Shown: piece after piece, positions 26,903 through 38,910 of the stretch | Position numbering within the stretch: position 1 is the first letter of the stretch | How the letters are laid out: every line of letters begins with the position of its first letter | Origin: Paraspadella gotoi | Taxonomy: Eukaryota; Animalia; Chaetognatha | Length of the DNA stretch: 64,000 bases | Assembly (NCBI GenBank): GCA_051294375.1 | Contig: CM119267.1 | Coordinates: 20,461,476 to 20,525,475, forward strand | Reading direction: 5' to 3' | The notes under the pieces: generated by a model | Told to the model about the DNA's origin: nothing | Database searches by the model: none | What the model saw: the letters and a program-made list of their open reading frames with translations, nothing else | Program-made: the position numbers and the translations under genes

Positions 26903-27193
26903 CCCAATTCCTCAAAAAATCGTTTCCAATTTCCTCGTTCCGGTTTAGATCAGAGTCCTTTTAATTTCCAGGGGGAAGGCACGACATTGCTTCGTCGCAA
27001 TGGCCTAGCCCTTAGCTTATGGTAAATAATATAATAATATTGGCAGCAAAAAGACAAAACATACGTTAACGCAATCAACATGATGAACGTAAAAACTAAA
27101 AATAATTTGCGGAACTTGGAACGACAGATATATTTTTATCGGTCGGCGGGAGGGGTGTGAGAAGAGCTGAGAATTGTCTTTAACTACGGCTCA

Positions 27194-30100
27194 TTATTTG
27201 ACGGTGATTTTTGGAGAGTCTCTGTCGTGGATGGTGTATTTATTCCACTTTTTCGTTGGATCGTAAGGCTCCCAACGTGAGGCAGGAAATATGTGCTTAT
27301 TTCTCTCGTACCTAAAAATCAGAACCAATGCGTCAGAAAATGAGGACAGAAGGTGAGGACTAAATCGACTCACCAACTTCGCAAGCAGACTTTTCCCGGA
27401 TGAGCGTCTTCTTTCTCGACCGAAGCGTCGTTAACCATTCTAAGCAGAAAAAATGTGTGAACCTTTATTGACCAATTACATATTGCCATTCACGTAACTA
27501 TTTCCCCACTCCACACCTAATGTCCTCGACAACATCAAACGTGAAGAGCGGACCACTTTTGCCTCTGGCCTTGGTGACGATAAAGTCGTAAAAGGTGTAG
27601 TGATGCGGGATGATGAGATCCTCCTTGATGAACATAAGGTTGTCAACCGTCGCCGTCTTGAGCTCGTTGAACTCTTTCCTCAGCGTCTCAAGGCATTTTT
27701 GAAGAAACTAAAGAGAGAAACGGAGAATATGCATCATTCTGCACGCTGGCGAAAAAAATAGGGATTGGGATTAACTGACCTGGGAAATGCTGTTTCCCTT
27801 TTTCATCTTGACGACTCGTCGGTGTCCGGATCCGTCCCAATAACTGAAGGTGATCGTAATTTCTTCCGCTTTCATCTTTTCTTGTCGCTCCACCCATTCT
27901 TGCCTGTTGAGGAATGCCCCTTTCGGGTTATCACGCAAATCCAGATCCAAATAAACCAGGCAACCTTCTCACATTTACCTGAGCTTTTCCCGAAACCGGT
28001 TATCCTCATCCTCCCTGTCCCTGTCGGGCAAAAAACTCGTGTCCACGTCGGGATTCTTTCCGAACTTTTTTCTCTTCGACGCGGCTTTGGTTTTCGATCC
28101 GTCTTCGCTGTCTTCGCTGGCGGTCGCTTCGAACTCCCGCTTGAAAGTGGCTGGATAGTGATGTTTGGAAGAAAAGGCAAGAAGATACCAAAAAAAGACG
28201 AAAAGGCTTTATTACAAGGCCACGGCATAAAAAATGCATTTGATATCATTTGCATATTACATTAAAGTAGTTTATCTGTAAGAAAAACTTTAAAAAAATG
28301 ATTTCATACATTAAAAAAAAGTTTCTTGGACTGAATTTAAATTTATGAATTATGAAGATATTGTGAAGTTCTAGTTGGTTGGCGACTTCGCCATGGCGAT
28401 ATCGCCAGAGGCTTTGGCGATGTCGCCAGTCCCCCACTGGCGACCTCGCCAGTGATAAAAGTAGCGATATAATGAAAAGGGCAGCTAACACGGGGATGAG
28501 CATCACCTTCAGGCTCCTCTCCCAACCCTAACCTAAACCAAATCTCCGTTCAACTCTGTGCCTCTCCCTAACCCTAACCCGGGCCTGGGCCTCCCGTACA
28601 TCTCCATGCCTCAACCCTAACCCTAACCACCTTTGATGCATCAACACGGGCCCCTCCCCAACCCTAACCCTAAACCAAGCCTTCCATTCAACTCTGTGCC
28701 TCTCCCCTAACCCTAACCCAGGCTCAGCCTCCCGTACATCTCCGTGCCTCAACCCTAACCGCCTTCGATGCATCAACCACGGGCCCTCCCCAACCCTAAC
28801 CCTAAACTAGCCTCCCGTTAACTCCATGCTCTCCCTAACCCTAACCCAGGCCAGCCTCCCGTACATCTCCGTGCTCAACCCTAACCTAACGCTTCGATGC
28901 ATCAACCATGGGTCCTCCCGCAACCCTAACCCTAAACCAAGCCTCCCGTTCAACTCCATGCCTCTCCCTAACCTAAACCTGGCCCGGCCTCCCGTACATC
29001 TCCGTACCTCAACCCTAACCGCCTTCGATATATAACCCATGGGCCTCTCTCCCAACCCTAACCCTAAACCGGCCCAGGCCTCCCGTACATCTCCGTACCT
29101 CAACCCTAACCCTAATTGCCTTCGATATATAACCCACGGGCCTCTCTCCAACCTAACCCTAACCGGGCCCAGGCCTCCCGTACATTCTCCGTGCCTCAAC
29201 CCTAACCCTAACGCGGGCCTCTTGGTCATCAACAACACCCTCCCTACCCCTATCCCTAAAATTGACATTAATAATAAGCCTAAAATAAACTTAACTTAAC
29301 TCAACCCTACCCTAACCCTAAACTACTCAACCCTAACCCAAAACTATCAACCCTAACCCAACTACTACAACTCAACCCTAACCCTAAACCAACTCAACCC
29401 TAACCCTAATCTGAGTTTAGTTTAGGCGAAATCGCCATAACTAGAACGCTAGATGTAGTTCACAGCTAAATCACCAAATGGCGAGGGCGTCATGGCTAAG
29501 TCGCGTTTTGCGATTTCGCACTGAACTACATCTAGGTTCTAGTTATGGCGATTTCGCCTAAACTAAACTCAGATTAGGGTTAGGGTTGAGTTGGTTTAGG
29601 GTTAGGGTTGAGTTGGTAGTAGTTAGGGTTAGGGTTGAGTAGTTTAGGGTTAGGGTTGAGTAGTTTTAGGGTTAGGGTTGAGTTATTAAGTTTATTTTTA
29701 GGCTTATTATTAATGTCAATTTTAGGGATAGGGGTAGGGAGGGTGTTGTTGATGACCAAGAGGCCCGCGTTAGGGTTAGGGTTGAGGCACGGAGATGTAC
29801 GGGAGGCCTGGGCCCGGTTTAGGGTTAGGGTTGGGAGAGAGGCCCGTGGGTTATATATCGAAGGCAATTAGGGTTAGGGTTGAGGTACGGAGATGTACGG
29901 GAGGCCTGGGCCGGTTTAGGGTTAGGGTTGGGAAGAGGCCATGGGTTATATATCGAAGGCGGTTAGGGTTGAGGTACGGAGATGTACGGGAGGCCGGGCC
30001 AGGTTTAGGGTTAGGAGAGGCATGGAGTTGAACGGGAGGCTTGGTTTAGGGTTAGGGTTGCGGGAGGGACCCATGGTTGATGCATCGAAGGCGGTTAGGG

Positions 30101-31486
30101 TTAGGGTTGAGGCACGGAGATGTACGGGAGGCTGGGCCTGGGTTAGGGTTAGGGGAGAGGCATGGAGTTGAACGGGAGGCTTAGTTTAGGGTTAGGGTTG
30201 GGGGAGGGGCCCGTGGTTGATGCATCGAAGGCGGTTAGGGTTAGGGTTGAGGCACGGAGATGTACGGGAGGCTGAGCCTGGGTTAGGGTTAGGGGAGAGG
30301 CACAGAGTTGAATGGAAGGCTTGGTTTAGGGTTAGGGTTGGGGGGGGGCCGTGGTTGATGCATCAAAGGTGGTTAGGGTTAGGGTTGAGGCATGGAGATG
30401 TACGGGAGGCCCAGGCCCGGGTTAGGGTTAGGGGAGAGGCACAGAGTTGAACGGGAGGTTTGGTTTAGGGTTAGGGTTGGGAGAGGAGCCTGAAGGTGAT
30501 GCTCATCCCCGTGTTAGCTGCCCTTTTCATTATATTCGCTACTTTTATCACTGGCGAGGTCGCCAGTGGGGGGACTGGCGACATCGCCAAAGCCCTGGCG
30601 ATATCGCCATGGCGAAGTCGCCAACCAACTAGAACCACACCTGCGACTCTTGCGTGAATCGCCGGCGACATCGCTATTTGAATGAACTACAACTTAGTGA
30701 TATGATTTTGCGGATTTTTAACTCAGGATTTCCTTTATTTCCTTATTCCACATTGTCGACTTTATCAGTTAACAATTTATTACTTTACTCACACAAACTG
30801 CCTTCTTGCGACGCGTCCGAGTCCGAAGGGCCTTCCGACGATTTCTTTTCCGCTTTGGTTTCCGTCTCTTGAGAATCTTCGTCTTCTCCTGCTCCTCCTT
30901 CTCCTCCACCACCAACGTCGTCTTCCTCCTGCTCTTCATCTCCGAATGGATTAAAAGAGAGACTGGCGATTTGTTTCTTTCTCCTTTCTTTCTCCCTTCT
31001 CCGCTCTTCCTTCTCCCTTTTGAGCTTGTCCTTTTGTTGCTGCTCCTTGCGGGCGATCTCTTGCATCCGTTCCTAGAATAGAGAGAGGACGGGGAAAAGG
31101 TACTGGGTAAAACTGCTGGGTTCCGTAGGAATGGCTCGTCGAGGGTTACTTTGACGACGTCTTCTTGTTTGGCCTTCATCTCGTCGAGGGTGACGAGTCC
31201 GACGGTCTCGCTCTTCAACTGCTGCTCCACCGCGTCGTAGTGGGCGGCGAACTTTTTGTCGATGTTGCCTGCGCGGAGTTGAAATTGTTACTTTCGTCCA
31301 TACTAATCGCACCCACTTCCATCGCCTCAAAACTTACCACCAACCACCAAAAAACTTACCCCTCATCTCCGTTTCCTCTTCCAGTTTCTTTTTTCTTTTT
31401 TCCAACTCGTCCTGTTGTTGTTGTCGCTTTTTTAACAGATGCATGGCGCGCTGCCCTTCGGCCGAAGCTCCTTTGTAAAAAGCCAT
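27194..31486 (-). CDS. FAM50A: FAM50/XAP5 nuclear spliceosome-associated protein
   Basis: Motifs [70 protein letters not shown] and [18 protein letters not shown]. Long intron at 28151-30792. Confidence 0.97.
28368..30635. mobile_element. 2.27-kb palindromic (foldback-like) element with TTAGGG-containing internal repeats
   Basis: Arms 28368-29447 and 29536-30635 are inverted copies. Each arm is bounded by GTTCTAGTT...AACTAGAAC and contains ~45-bp subunits ending in (TTAGGG)1-2, arranged in ~140-bp higher-order units. A central cassette has its own 14-bp TIR. Confidence 0.85.
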
Positions 31487-31801
31487 TGTTTTTGCCCGGT
31501 AACAGTTTTGTTTTTGATTTTTAAAATTCGATGACTTTGGACTTTTCATGTAAAAAAGGCACGAATGAGAGGTAAAAAATATTTAGCATAATTAAACAAT
31601 GATTGATTAAAAAAAAACAAAAAACAGCGAAAATAATAATCAAGGATAAAATCTAATGAACCAATTAAAAATACATCCTGAGCATATTCCGTTGATTGTA
31701 AAAACATACGAAAGTGACTAATTACACTACAATAATTCGTTATTAAGTATTAATTCGGATTTTAGAGCTTCGCTTTAATTGAGCACTTAGGCCGAAAGAA
31801 A

Positions 31802-34656
31802 TTAGTGCCAACAAACGTCGCCCTCCTTAAGAGTTCGTTGCAAATCTTTAATGCCGTACAACAATTGTTTGGCCCCGTTGGCGGTGGATGGAATACACTG
31901 AACCTGCGATACAAAAGAAAACAATTGAATTAAAGTGAGTAAAGTTTTTTACAACTGCGACGATATTTACCATAATTCCGTCTTGGACGTCGACGCGTGG
32001 ACCCTCACCGAGTTCCACAGATTTGGAAGAGACGTTGGGATCTTTTCCAGTTCTTTCTCTCCTTCGCCGTGTGGACGTTTTCGACGTCGTCGCAAATGTC
32101 TTTGATTTAGAAGCCGAGTTTCGCTTCTCTTCTTTTGATTTCTTCCCGCTTTTCTCTCGTTGTTTCAAACCCTTGGAAATTTTCTTTAAGACGTTGATCT
32201 GCTTCCCTACGAGAGGAGAGTAATTACGCTCCAACAATTACAATTGTAAATCATAAATAACAATGGAAGAGTTTTAATATGAAACAAGACGAACAGAAAT
32301 ACACACCTTTGACGTTCATTTTGGCGACAAGATCCTGAAGACGATCCTCCAGCGAAAGAATCTCCGCGGTCTGGGAAGCCGATCGAACGTCGCCGTCTGC
32401 CAATTTAAAAAAAAATAATGAATACAAAGAAACGAAAGAATCACGCCTTCTTCACTCACCCGTCCCCAAAGCCTCGTCGACCCCCAACGCTTTCAACTGG
32501 ATGGAGATCTCGTGATGTTCAAAGCTCATGGCGGCGAACTCGTCCTGCAATGCGTCCAGTACCGACGCCACTTCTCGCATCTGCGCGTCCGCCGTCATCG
32601 GCATCGATTCCACTTCGGTTCTCGGCGACGCCTCTGGCGTGGAGAACGCCAAAGATGCATTGACGACACTTTTTGGCGCCGACAAAGTTGACGTCGCCGG
32701 CGCATTGGGCGCGGGATTAGCGTCGTAAAGCAAACGCAGGTGATCGCAGAGGCCGCTGTCGTGACTCTTGAGTTTGGCTACCAAAGTTTGGATGTTGGCG
32801 GTAAGAGAATGAGAATCGGTCGTGCTGGTTCGAAAATAAGCAAGTTGGTCATTAAAATGAAGGAAAGGACGAAACTATCAACGAATCACCTTTTGCCGAC
32901 GACGAAAGGAACGTGCTTCATGTCGAGTCGATAATGACATCGAGACGCCCTGAGAAACGAAAACAAAAAGTCTAAATCGAAGACGCCGAATTTTGACTCA
33001 TTTTGATCATTTTGACTCACCATTTTCCGGGTGATGTTTTGCGGCCGCCCCGTAACGGTGATTTCGACGTAGACTTTCTCTCGCGATTCAAGCGCTGCTC
33101 AGGAATAAGAGAAGCAGAGCGTTAGTCTAATTAACTGCTGTGCGCCATATTGTATCAAGAAATAAATAGCTCACGTTTTGAATTTCGCAAAGACGTTCGC
33201 GCTCTCTTCTGGGTGGAAGAGGATTCTGGGAATGGTCGCAGGGATAACTACGAAAAACCGAGTCAGAGATTCGAAACTTTATATATTTCCATTTAAAAAT
33301 TAAAAACAAAAACCGGTTCTTCCCACCCGTCAAAAGGCTCTGCAGCTGCAGCCGGCGATTCCATCGAAGACGATGACTGGTGCCTTAATCTGCCTCTCGG
33401 CGGTTTCTGCCGCTCCTTTGATGGCGAAGCGGGGGAAGACGAAGCGTCGTTTCCGGCCAAAGCTTTGGCGTCATTTTCTCGGTGCTTGACCTCTGAGGAT
33501 CGAGCGGGAGACGATTTTTTACGGTCGAGAGCGTCGAGGTTCTGCCTTGACGCCGTCTCGTCGCGTTTGTGTCTATTGCATTCCAGTTCCTTTTCCAGAA
33601 GTCGTATTCTGCCAAGAAAATTAATTTGTCAAAAAATCGACAACATAATCAGGAAATTCTCTTTCCCGCTGAACCCACCTCGCCTCGGCCAAGCTCTGCG
33701 AAATCTTCAACGTTGCCCGCTCTTTCTCCAGGTTCTGCAGAGCGGAGAGGCGACTCTCGGGTCGACCGATCTCGTCGGGCGAACTCCGCGAAGAAGGTCG
33801 TCGATCCTGAGAGATGAGCACCTTCGCCCGCAAATTCTGAAGGCTGCTGCCGACGGAGCCGCATTCGGTCTCGACGAACTGGAGATGCTTTCCTGGAAAG
33901 GTTTTTAGGATCGAATTTTTTTTTTACAGCCTCAATCCGACAGTTTCATCCTCAATGTGCTCACCGATCGCAGAGCTGAGCTCCTTTGCCTCTTTGACGT
34001 TTCTCGGTGTGCTTGGATTGGACGGTAGGACCTCCTTCGCGATGTTTGACTCATTTAAATTGGACGACGTCCTTAAAGTCGTCACCCCCGTTTCAGTGAC
34101 AACGGGATTCCTCTCGTCGAACTTCTCCCCGGGATTCAAATCGAGGATCACGTTTTGATCGAGCGTGCGACGAGTCGAGGCTCGATCCGGGGACGAGCGG
34201 AGTCGATCCGGCGACGAGGCGATCGGAGACGCGCCTTTTCGGTTTTAAATATTTTCAAAGCTCAAACTCGGCATAACATTTTGAAATTCTGTCGACTACA
34301 CAAATTTGGGCCCGACTCTTACCAAGGGACACCTTCCTCGCCGCCGTCTCCAGGTCGAAAAGAGTTTTTTCTCGGCTCATCTCCAATTTTTTGATTTTTC
34401 GCTGCAGACTCTCGAGAGCGGAAAGGATTGACGCGCTTTGAGTCACCGGCAGGGCCTGCATCGTCAGAAAGAAGAGAGATCAAAAAGAAAAAAACTCGCG
34501 ATTAAATCGGGATTTTCAAGCGAGCATAAAAGTCCGTACCGAAGTAGAAGGCACATCGTGTTTTCGACGCAAAGCTTCGGAAGACGGACTGTTGATGAAA
34601 GGTTTGACAGTGGGAAAATCAACGTAGTCCGTGCTCTCCCCGGGGTCAGTCTCCAT
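31802..34656 (-). CDS. CEP57: Centrosomal protein 57 (translokin) family
   Basis: Motifs AILSALESLQRKIKKLE, HYRLDMKHVPFVVGK, HSLTANIQTL, LQDEFAAMSFEH and terminal IKDLQRTLKEGDVCWH. The start codon is my best guess. Confidence 0.85.
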
Positions 34657-35300
34657 GGTTACAGAGCTAGAATCCGTATGTGGAGATAAAGCCGCTCCGA
34701 CGAATTTTTAACATTTTTAAAGCTTTCATTCCATGCAAAGGGATGACGGTAAGTACATCATAATTGCTTTTAACGAAAGTAGATACTGTGCGGTTTAAAA
34801 ATCAAAATCCAAAATAAAATATAACCATAAAACCCAAACAGTATATGGTCGAAAAAATTGTAAATCAAAACATTAAAAATCATAAAAAAATAGTGAATAA
34901 GAAATTTTATTTTAAAATATGGCAACAAAAAATGGCACGCACGCGCTCATGGATAAATTAGTAAAAATGTCACTTTGTAAATTGTGCAAGAAATTCATAA
35001 CCTTCACCCAAAAAACACAGTAAAACGAGTACCTTTCGCAAGAGCCGAAGCCTAACTTAATTTATTATGTGCAGGAAAAGATGGTGTGAGAACTGAATGA
35101 GGAGGTATATGTGGTATATCAGAATCTATAAGTCTTGTCCAATCAAACAATCACAACTCTTTGTAATAACTGAAAAATGAGTAACAACTCATAATGTGCG
35201 CTACATATGCCTGAAAAATTGGCAATTGTGGCGGTATATTCACACCGCCTCACATCAACCATCATTCAGCCAATACCATTGGCTCAGAGGGGGAACACAC

Positions 35301-35325
35301 NNNNNNNNNNNNNNNNNNNNNNNNN
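35301..35325. other. Scaffold gap (25 N)
   Basis: Run of Ns in the sequence. Confidence 1.
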
Positions 35326-35399
35326 AAACACTTTATTACCATTACAACTATTATTATTAACTTTATTAATTTGAGCGAGCCCTCTATGTTGTACATTCC

Positions 35400-36100
35400 C
35401 AATTCCATTATATTGTGCATCTATCCGCTTTTTCTATTAAATGATCTAATGAAGCAATCTGGTCCACAGATGCTCTTAAGATTTTACAATCGGTTAAGCC
35501 TAATGACTCATATACTTTAGATTTCATCATTTCTACTACAAAAGTTCCGGCAGGGTCCCTTCCTGCCCTGCGCAAATACATACGACATCTATCTATAAAT
35601 TGAGTTATACTCTCTTTAGCCTCCCTTTTAGCCAACATAAAGTTTTCTTGATTTCTTTGCTGAGACCGGGGGTCCAGCTTCTTTTCTAACCCTTGTATTA
35701 CGTTTTCTGTGCTAGCCTTTTCCTTTCAGTTAAGTTATCATAAGCCCTTTTTGCCACCTCATTTAAACTGAGTGGCAATGCCATCAAAAACTTCTTTATG
35801 TCCCACTCATTACAGGTAACACACGTTTGAACCTTATCAGCCCATTCATCAAATTCTGTACCGGCCCCATCATATGAGGGAACTTTTGATTATTACTTGC
35901 CCACAGCAGTTCCTGAGATACTCTTAACCGTGCAAATTCTGAAACCAAAATCTCAATATCATCCCTATGATATTTTTGCTGATTGAGTATCAAACCCCTG
36001 TAAATATCTCTTTCCGTCTACTTGCTTTTGCATCGATTCTAGATAATGCTGTAAATTTTCATTTTGACATTTTAAAATATCAGAAATCATTTTTCCCATT
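35400..36100 (-). mobile_element. Degenerate LTR-retrotransposon gag-like fragment
   Basis: Broken ORFs include KREAKESITQFIDRCRMYLRRAG, which resembles the gag major-homology-region pattern. The DNA is CpG-poor, unlike host exons. Confidence 0.45.
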
Positions 36101-36267
36101 TATCTATAGCCCTCACCAACTGCCATTTTTACAGCCTGCTGCAAAAAAAAATTTGTAGCAATTCTCTGTTTTAAAGATTCCAAAGAAACCTTTTTAACCG
36201 TTTTCGCCTTTGTGCCTACTTTTTATTACAGTATTTTTACAGATTAAACTTCTTCATCCAATTGAAA

Positions 36268-37017
36268 ATGCTCATTAGCATCATCCGCCACGGTCAAACG
36301 GACTTCAACAGAAACTGTATTTTGCAAGGAAGAATGAACATTGAAATGAACGAGGTTGGTCGCGGAGAAGCGTTACGCCTCGGCGACCGCCTCAAAAACG
36401 TCAGTTTCACCCACGCTTCTCTAGCGACTTAAGTCGCGCCTTGGAAACGGTCCGCGTGGTACTTGACCGTAACGAGACTGAGTCTTGCCCGGCGAGCGTC
36501 ATCGTCGATGCGCGACTTCGGGAACGGAATTTCGGCATTTTTGAAGGCCAAGCCAAACGGGCTTTGGCGGAGGCCATTGCCTCGGCCGAAAGAAGCAACG
36601 ACTTTCCCGGCCCCGCTCATTACGTTCCCGAAGGCGGCGAGGCCAGTGTAGAAGTCTATGCGAGGGCGAGGGAATTTTTTATCGAAACTTGCCATAAGGT
36701 TAGCCAGGAACGAGATTTTCATGTTCCACATCTTTTGATCTCTACTCACAGCAGAGTCGTGTCTCAACTGATCGAGCTCTTCGTTGGAGAGCTCAACTGT
36801 TCAATGCCTGAGGGAATGTCTTTAGGAGAAATTACTGGCAAACCTGGAAATGCGTCCATTTCGCAATTCGGCTTTGGGTGGAAAAAGGTCTAAAGCTAAA
36901 AGTGTGTTATGTAAAACAATTACTTTCGTCAAGCACATGAGATGCATCCTGATTCATGATCGCAGTCACTGCGATGGTTTTGATCCGAAGATTGTCGACC
37001 AGTCCGCGTTTGGATAG
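36268..37017 (+). pseudogene. Inverted, frameshifted duplicate of the TIGAR-like gene (or assembly artefact)
   Basis: Near-identical reverse complement of 37449-38201, with three 1-nt deletions (near 36416, 36877 and 36905) and a few substitutions. Confidence 0.85.
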
Positions 37018-37448
37018 TATTAGTGTTTTGTCCGGTAAAGTATGGCCTTACTTTTCAGAAGTTGGTTTATTTGTCGAATTGTAGGTTATTAGTTTGGGTC
37101 CAGTGATTAATAAATATAATTGTATGGCAACAGCCGGGTTGCCTGTGCTGCCCATGTGGATGGGGCATCTCACTGTTGGCTTTGGGGGCTTCCGACCTCA
37201 GTGACGCATCCTGTCACTGGCGCGGTTATCTTAGGACTGTCTCGCTTTGCTAACGTAGAGGGAAGTCATTAGGACTGTGGATGGAACGCACGCCTGGGAT
37301 GCATCCCAATGGGCAGCACAGGCAACCCGGCTGTTGCCATACAATTATATTTATTAATCACTGGACCCAAACTAATAACCTACAATTCGACAAATAAACC
37401 AACTTCTGAAAAGTAAGGCCATACTTTACCGGGGACAAAACACTAATA

Positions 37449-38201
37449 CTATCCAAACGCGGACTGGTCGACAATATTCGGATCAAAACCTTCGCAGTGA
37501 CTGCGATCATGAATCAGGATGCATCTCATGTGCTTGACGAAAGTAATTGTTTTACATAAACAATCCTTTAGCTTTAGACCTTTTTCCACCTCAAAGCCGA
37601 ATTGCGAAATGGACGCATTTCCAGGTTTGCCAGTAATTTCTCCTAAAGACATTCCCTCAGGCATTGAACAGTTGAGCTCTCCAACGAAGAGCTCGATCAG
37701 TTGAGACACGACTCTGCTGTGAGTAGAGATCAAAAGATGTGGAACATGAAAATCTCGTTCCTGGCTAACCTTATGGCAAGTTTCGATAAAAAATTCCCTC
37801 GCCCTCGCATAGACTTCTACACTGGCCTCGCCGCCTTCGGGAACGTAATGAGCGGGGCCGGGAAAGTCGTTGCTTCTTTCGGCCGAGGCAATGGCCTCCG
37901 CCAAAGCCCGTTTGGCTTGGCCTTCAAAAATGCCGAAATTCCGTTCCCGAAGTCGCGCATCGACGATGACGCTCGCCGGGCAAGACTCAGTCTCGTTACG
38001 GTCAAGTACCACGCGGACCGTTTCCAAGGCGCGACTTAAGTCGCTAGAGAAGGCGTGGGTGAAACTGACGTTTTTGAGGCGGTCGCCGAGGCGTAACGCT
38101 TCTCCGCGACCAACCTCGTTCATTTCAATGTTCATTCTTCCTTGCAAAATACAGTTTCTGTTGAAGTCCGTTTGACCGTGGCGGATGATGCTAATGAGCA
38201 T
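37449..38201 (-). CDS. TIGAR: Intronless histidine phosphatase, TIGAR-like fructose-2,6-bisphosphatase (250 aa)
   Basis: Catalytic IRHGQTDFN motif, plus FSSDLSRALET, DARLRERNFGIFEG, PEGGE, LLISTH and GNASISQF. Confidence 0.85.
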   Translation of the reverse strand: MLISIIRHGQTDFNRNCILQGRMNIEMNEVGRGEALRLGDRLKNVSFTHAFSSDLSRALETVRVVLDRNETESCPASVIVDARLRERNFGIFEGQAKRALAEAIASAERSNDFPGPAHYVPEGGEASVEVYARAREFFIETCHKVSQERDFHVPHLLISTHSRVVSQLIELFVGELNCSMPEGMSLGEITGKPGNASISQFGFEVEKGLKLKDCLCKTITFVKHMRCILIHDRSHCEGFDPNIVDQSAFG

Positions 38202-38563
38202 TTTCAATTGGATGAAGAAGTTTAATCTGTAAAAATACTGTAATAAAAAAAGTAGGCGGACTACCTTTTTTATTAGTTTACTTAGTAACTGATATTGCAG
38301 GGATAGGCTTTAGGCAAAGCAAGGATTGGCTTTGAGCAAAAGCAAAGGTTGGTTTTAAGAAAAGCTTAAGAAGCAAAAAATTGGTTATAAGTGAAGCAGA
38401 GATTGCCTTTGAGCAAAAGAGGAAAATGGCTAAAAACAAAAGGGCAGTTAGGAGAAGGCTAAAGCCAAAAGGGGGGCTTTACGGGCCTGCTAAGTCCCAA
38501 GCCAATTCCAGAGGAGAAATCACGTGACCAAAAATCTGCCTATATAAGGAGGAGTGCCACAGA

Positions 38564-38910
38564 CTGTGGTCAGGAGTCAATTGAGACCCTCTGAAGTGTA
38601 AGGGGAAATTCTGTCCGGCTGGAAAAGTTACTGGAAAAACGCTTAAGTCCAGGAGAGACTGAAAACGCCTAAGTCCAGGAAGGACTGAAAACGCCTAAGT
38701 CCAGGAGAGACTGAAAACGCCTAAGTCCAGGAAGGACTGGTTGGAAATAATAACTCTAAGGTTAAGTCTGGTAAGACTTGGTTAAGGTTAAGTCTGGAAG
38801 ACTTGTTAAGGTTAAGTCTGGTAAGACTTGGTTAAGGTTAAGGTCTGGTAAGACTTGGTTAAGGTTAATGGTAGATTAATATAAGGGTCTCAAGTGACTA
38901 CAGACCACAG
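38564..38910. repeat. Two 26-bp tandem arrays enclosed by a 27-bp inverted repeat
   Basis: Four copies of GCCTAAGTCCAGGAGAGACTGAAAAC (38641-38739) and four of AAGGTTAAGTCTGGTAAGACTTGGTT (38758-38868). The IR at 38564-38590/38884-38910 matches at 24/27 positions. Confidence 0.9.

Noticed and set aside
28528-30632. GLGLGL/RVRVRV/NPNP ORFs in the ORF track
   Set aside because: These are translations of TTAGGG-containing repeats, with no domain or coding signal.
28368-30635. Telomere-telomere fusion scar or true telomere
   Set aside because: A fusion gives TTAGGG followed by CCCTAA, and here the order is reversed. The repeats are only 1-2 units interleaved with other sequence, and FAM50 exons continue in frame on both sides.
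37449-38201. Bacterial contamination or clear HGT of a phosphoglycerate-mutase-family gene
   Set aside because: The C-terminal region (ELNCSMP...GNASISQF...IHDRSH) looks like animal TIGAR and the composition matches host exons. HGT cannot be supported without a phylogeny.
38641-38868. CRISPR-like array
   Set aside because: Units are directly tandem with no unique spacers, there are no cas genes, and the context is eukaryotic.
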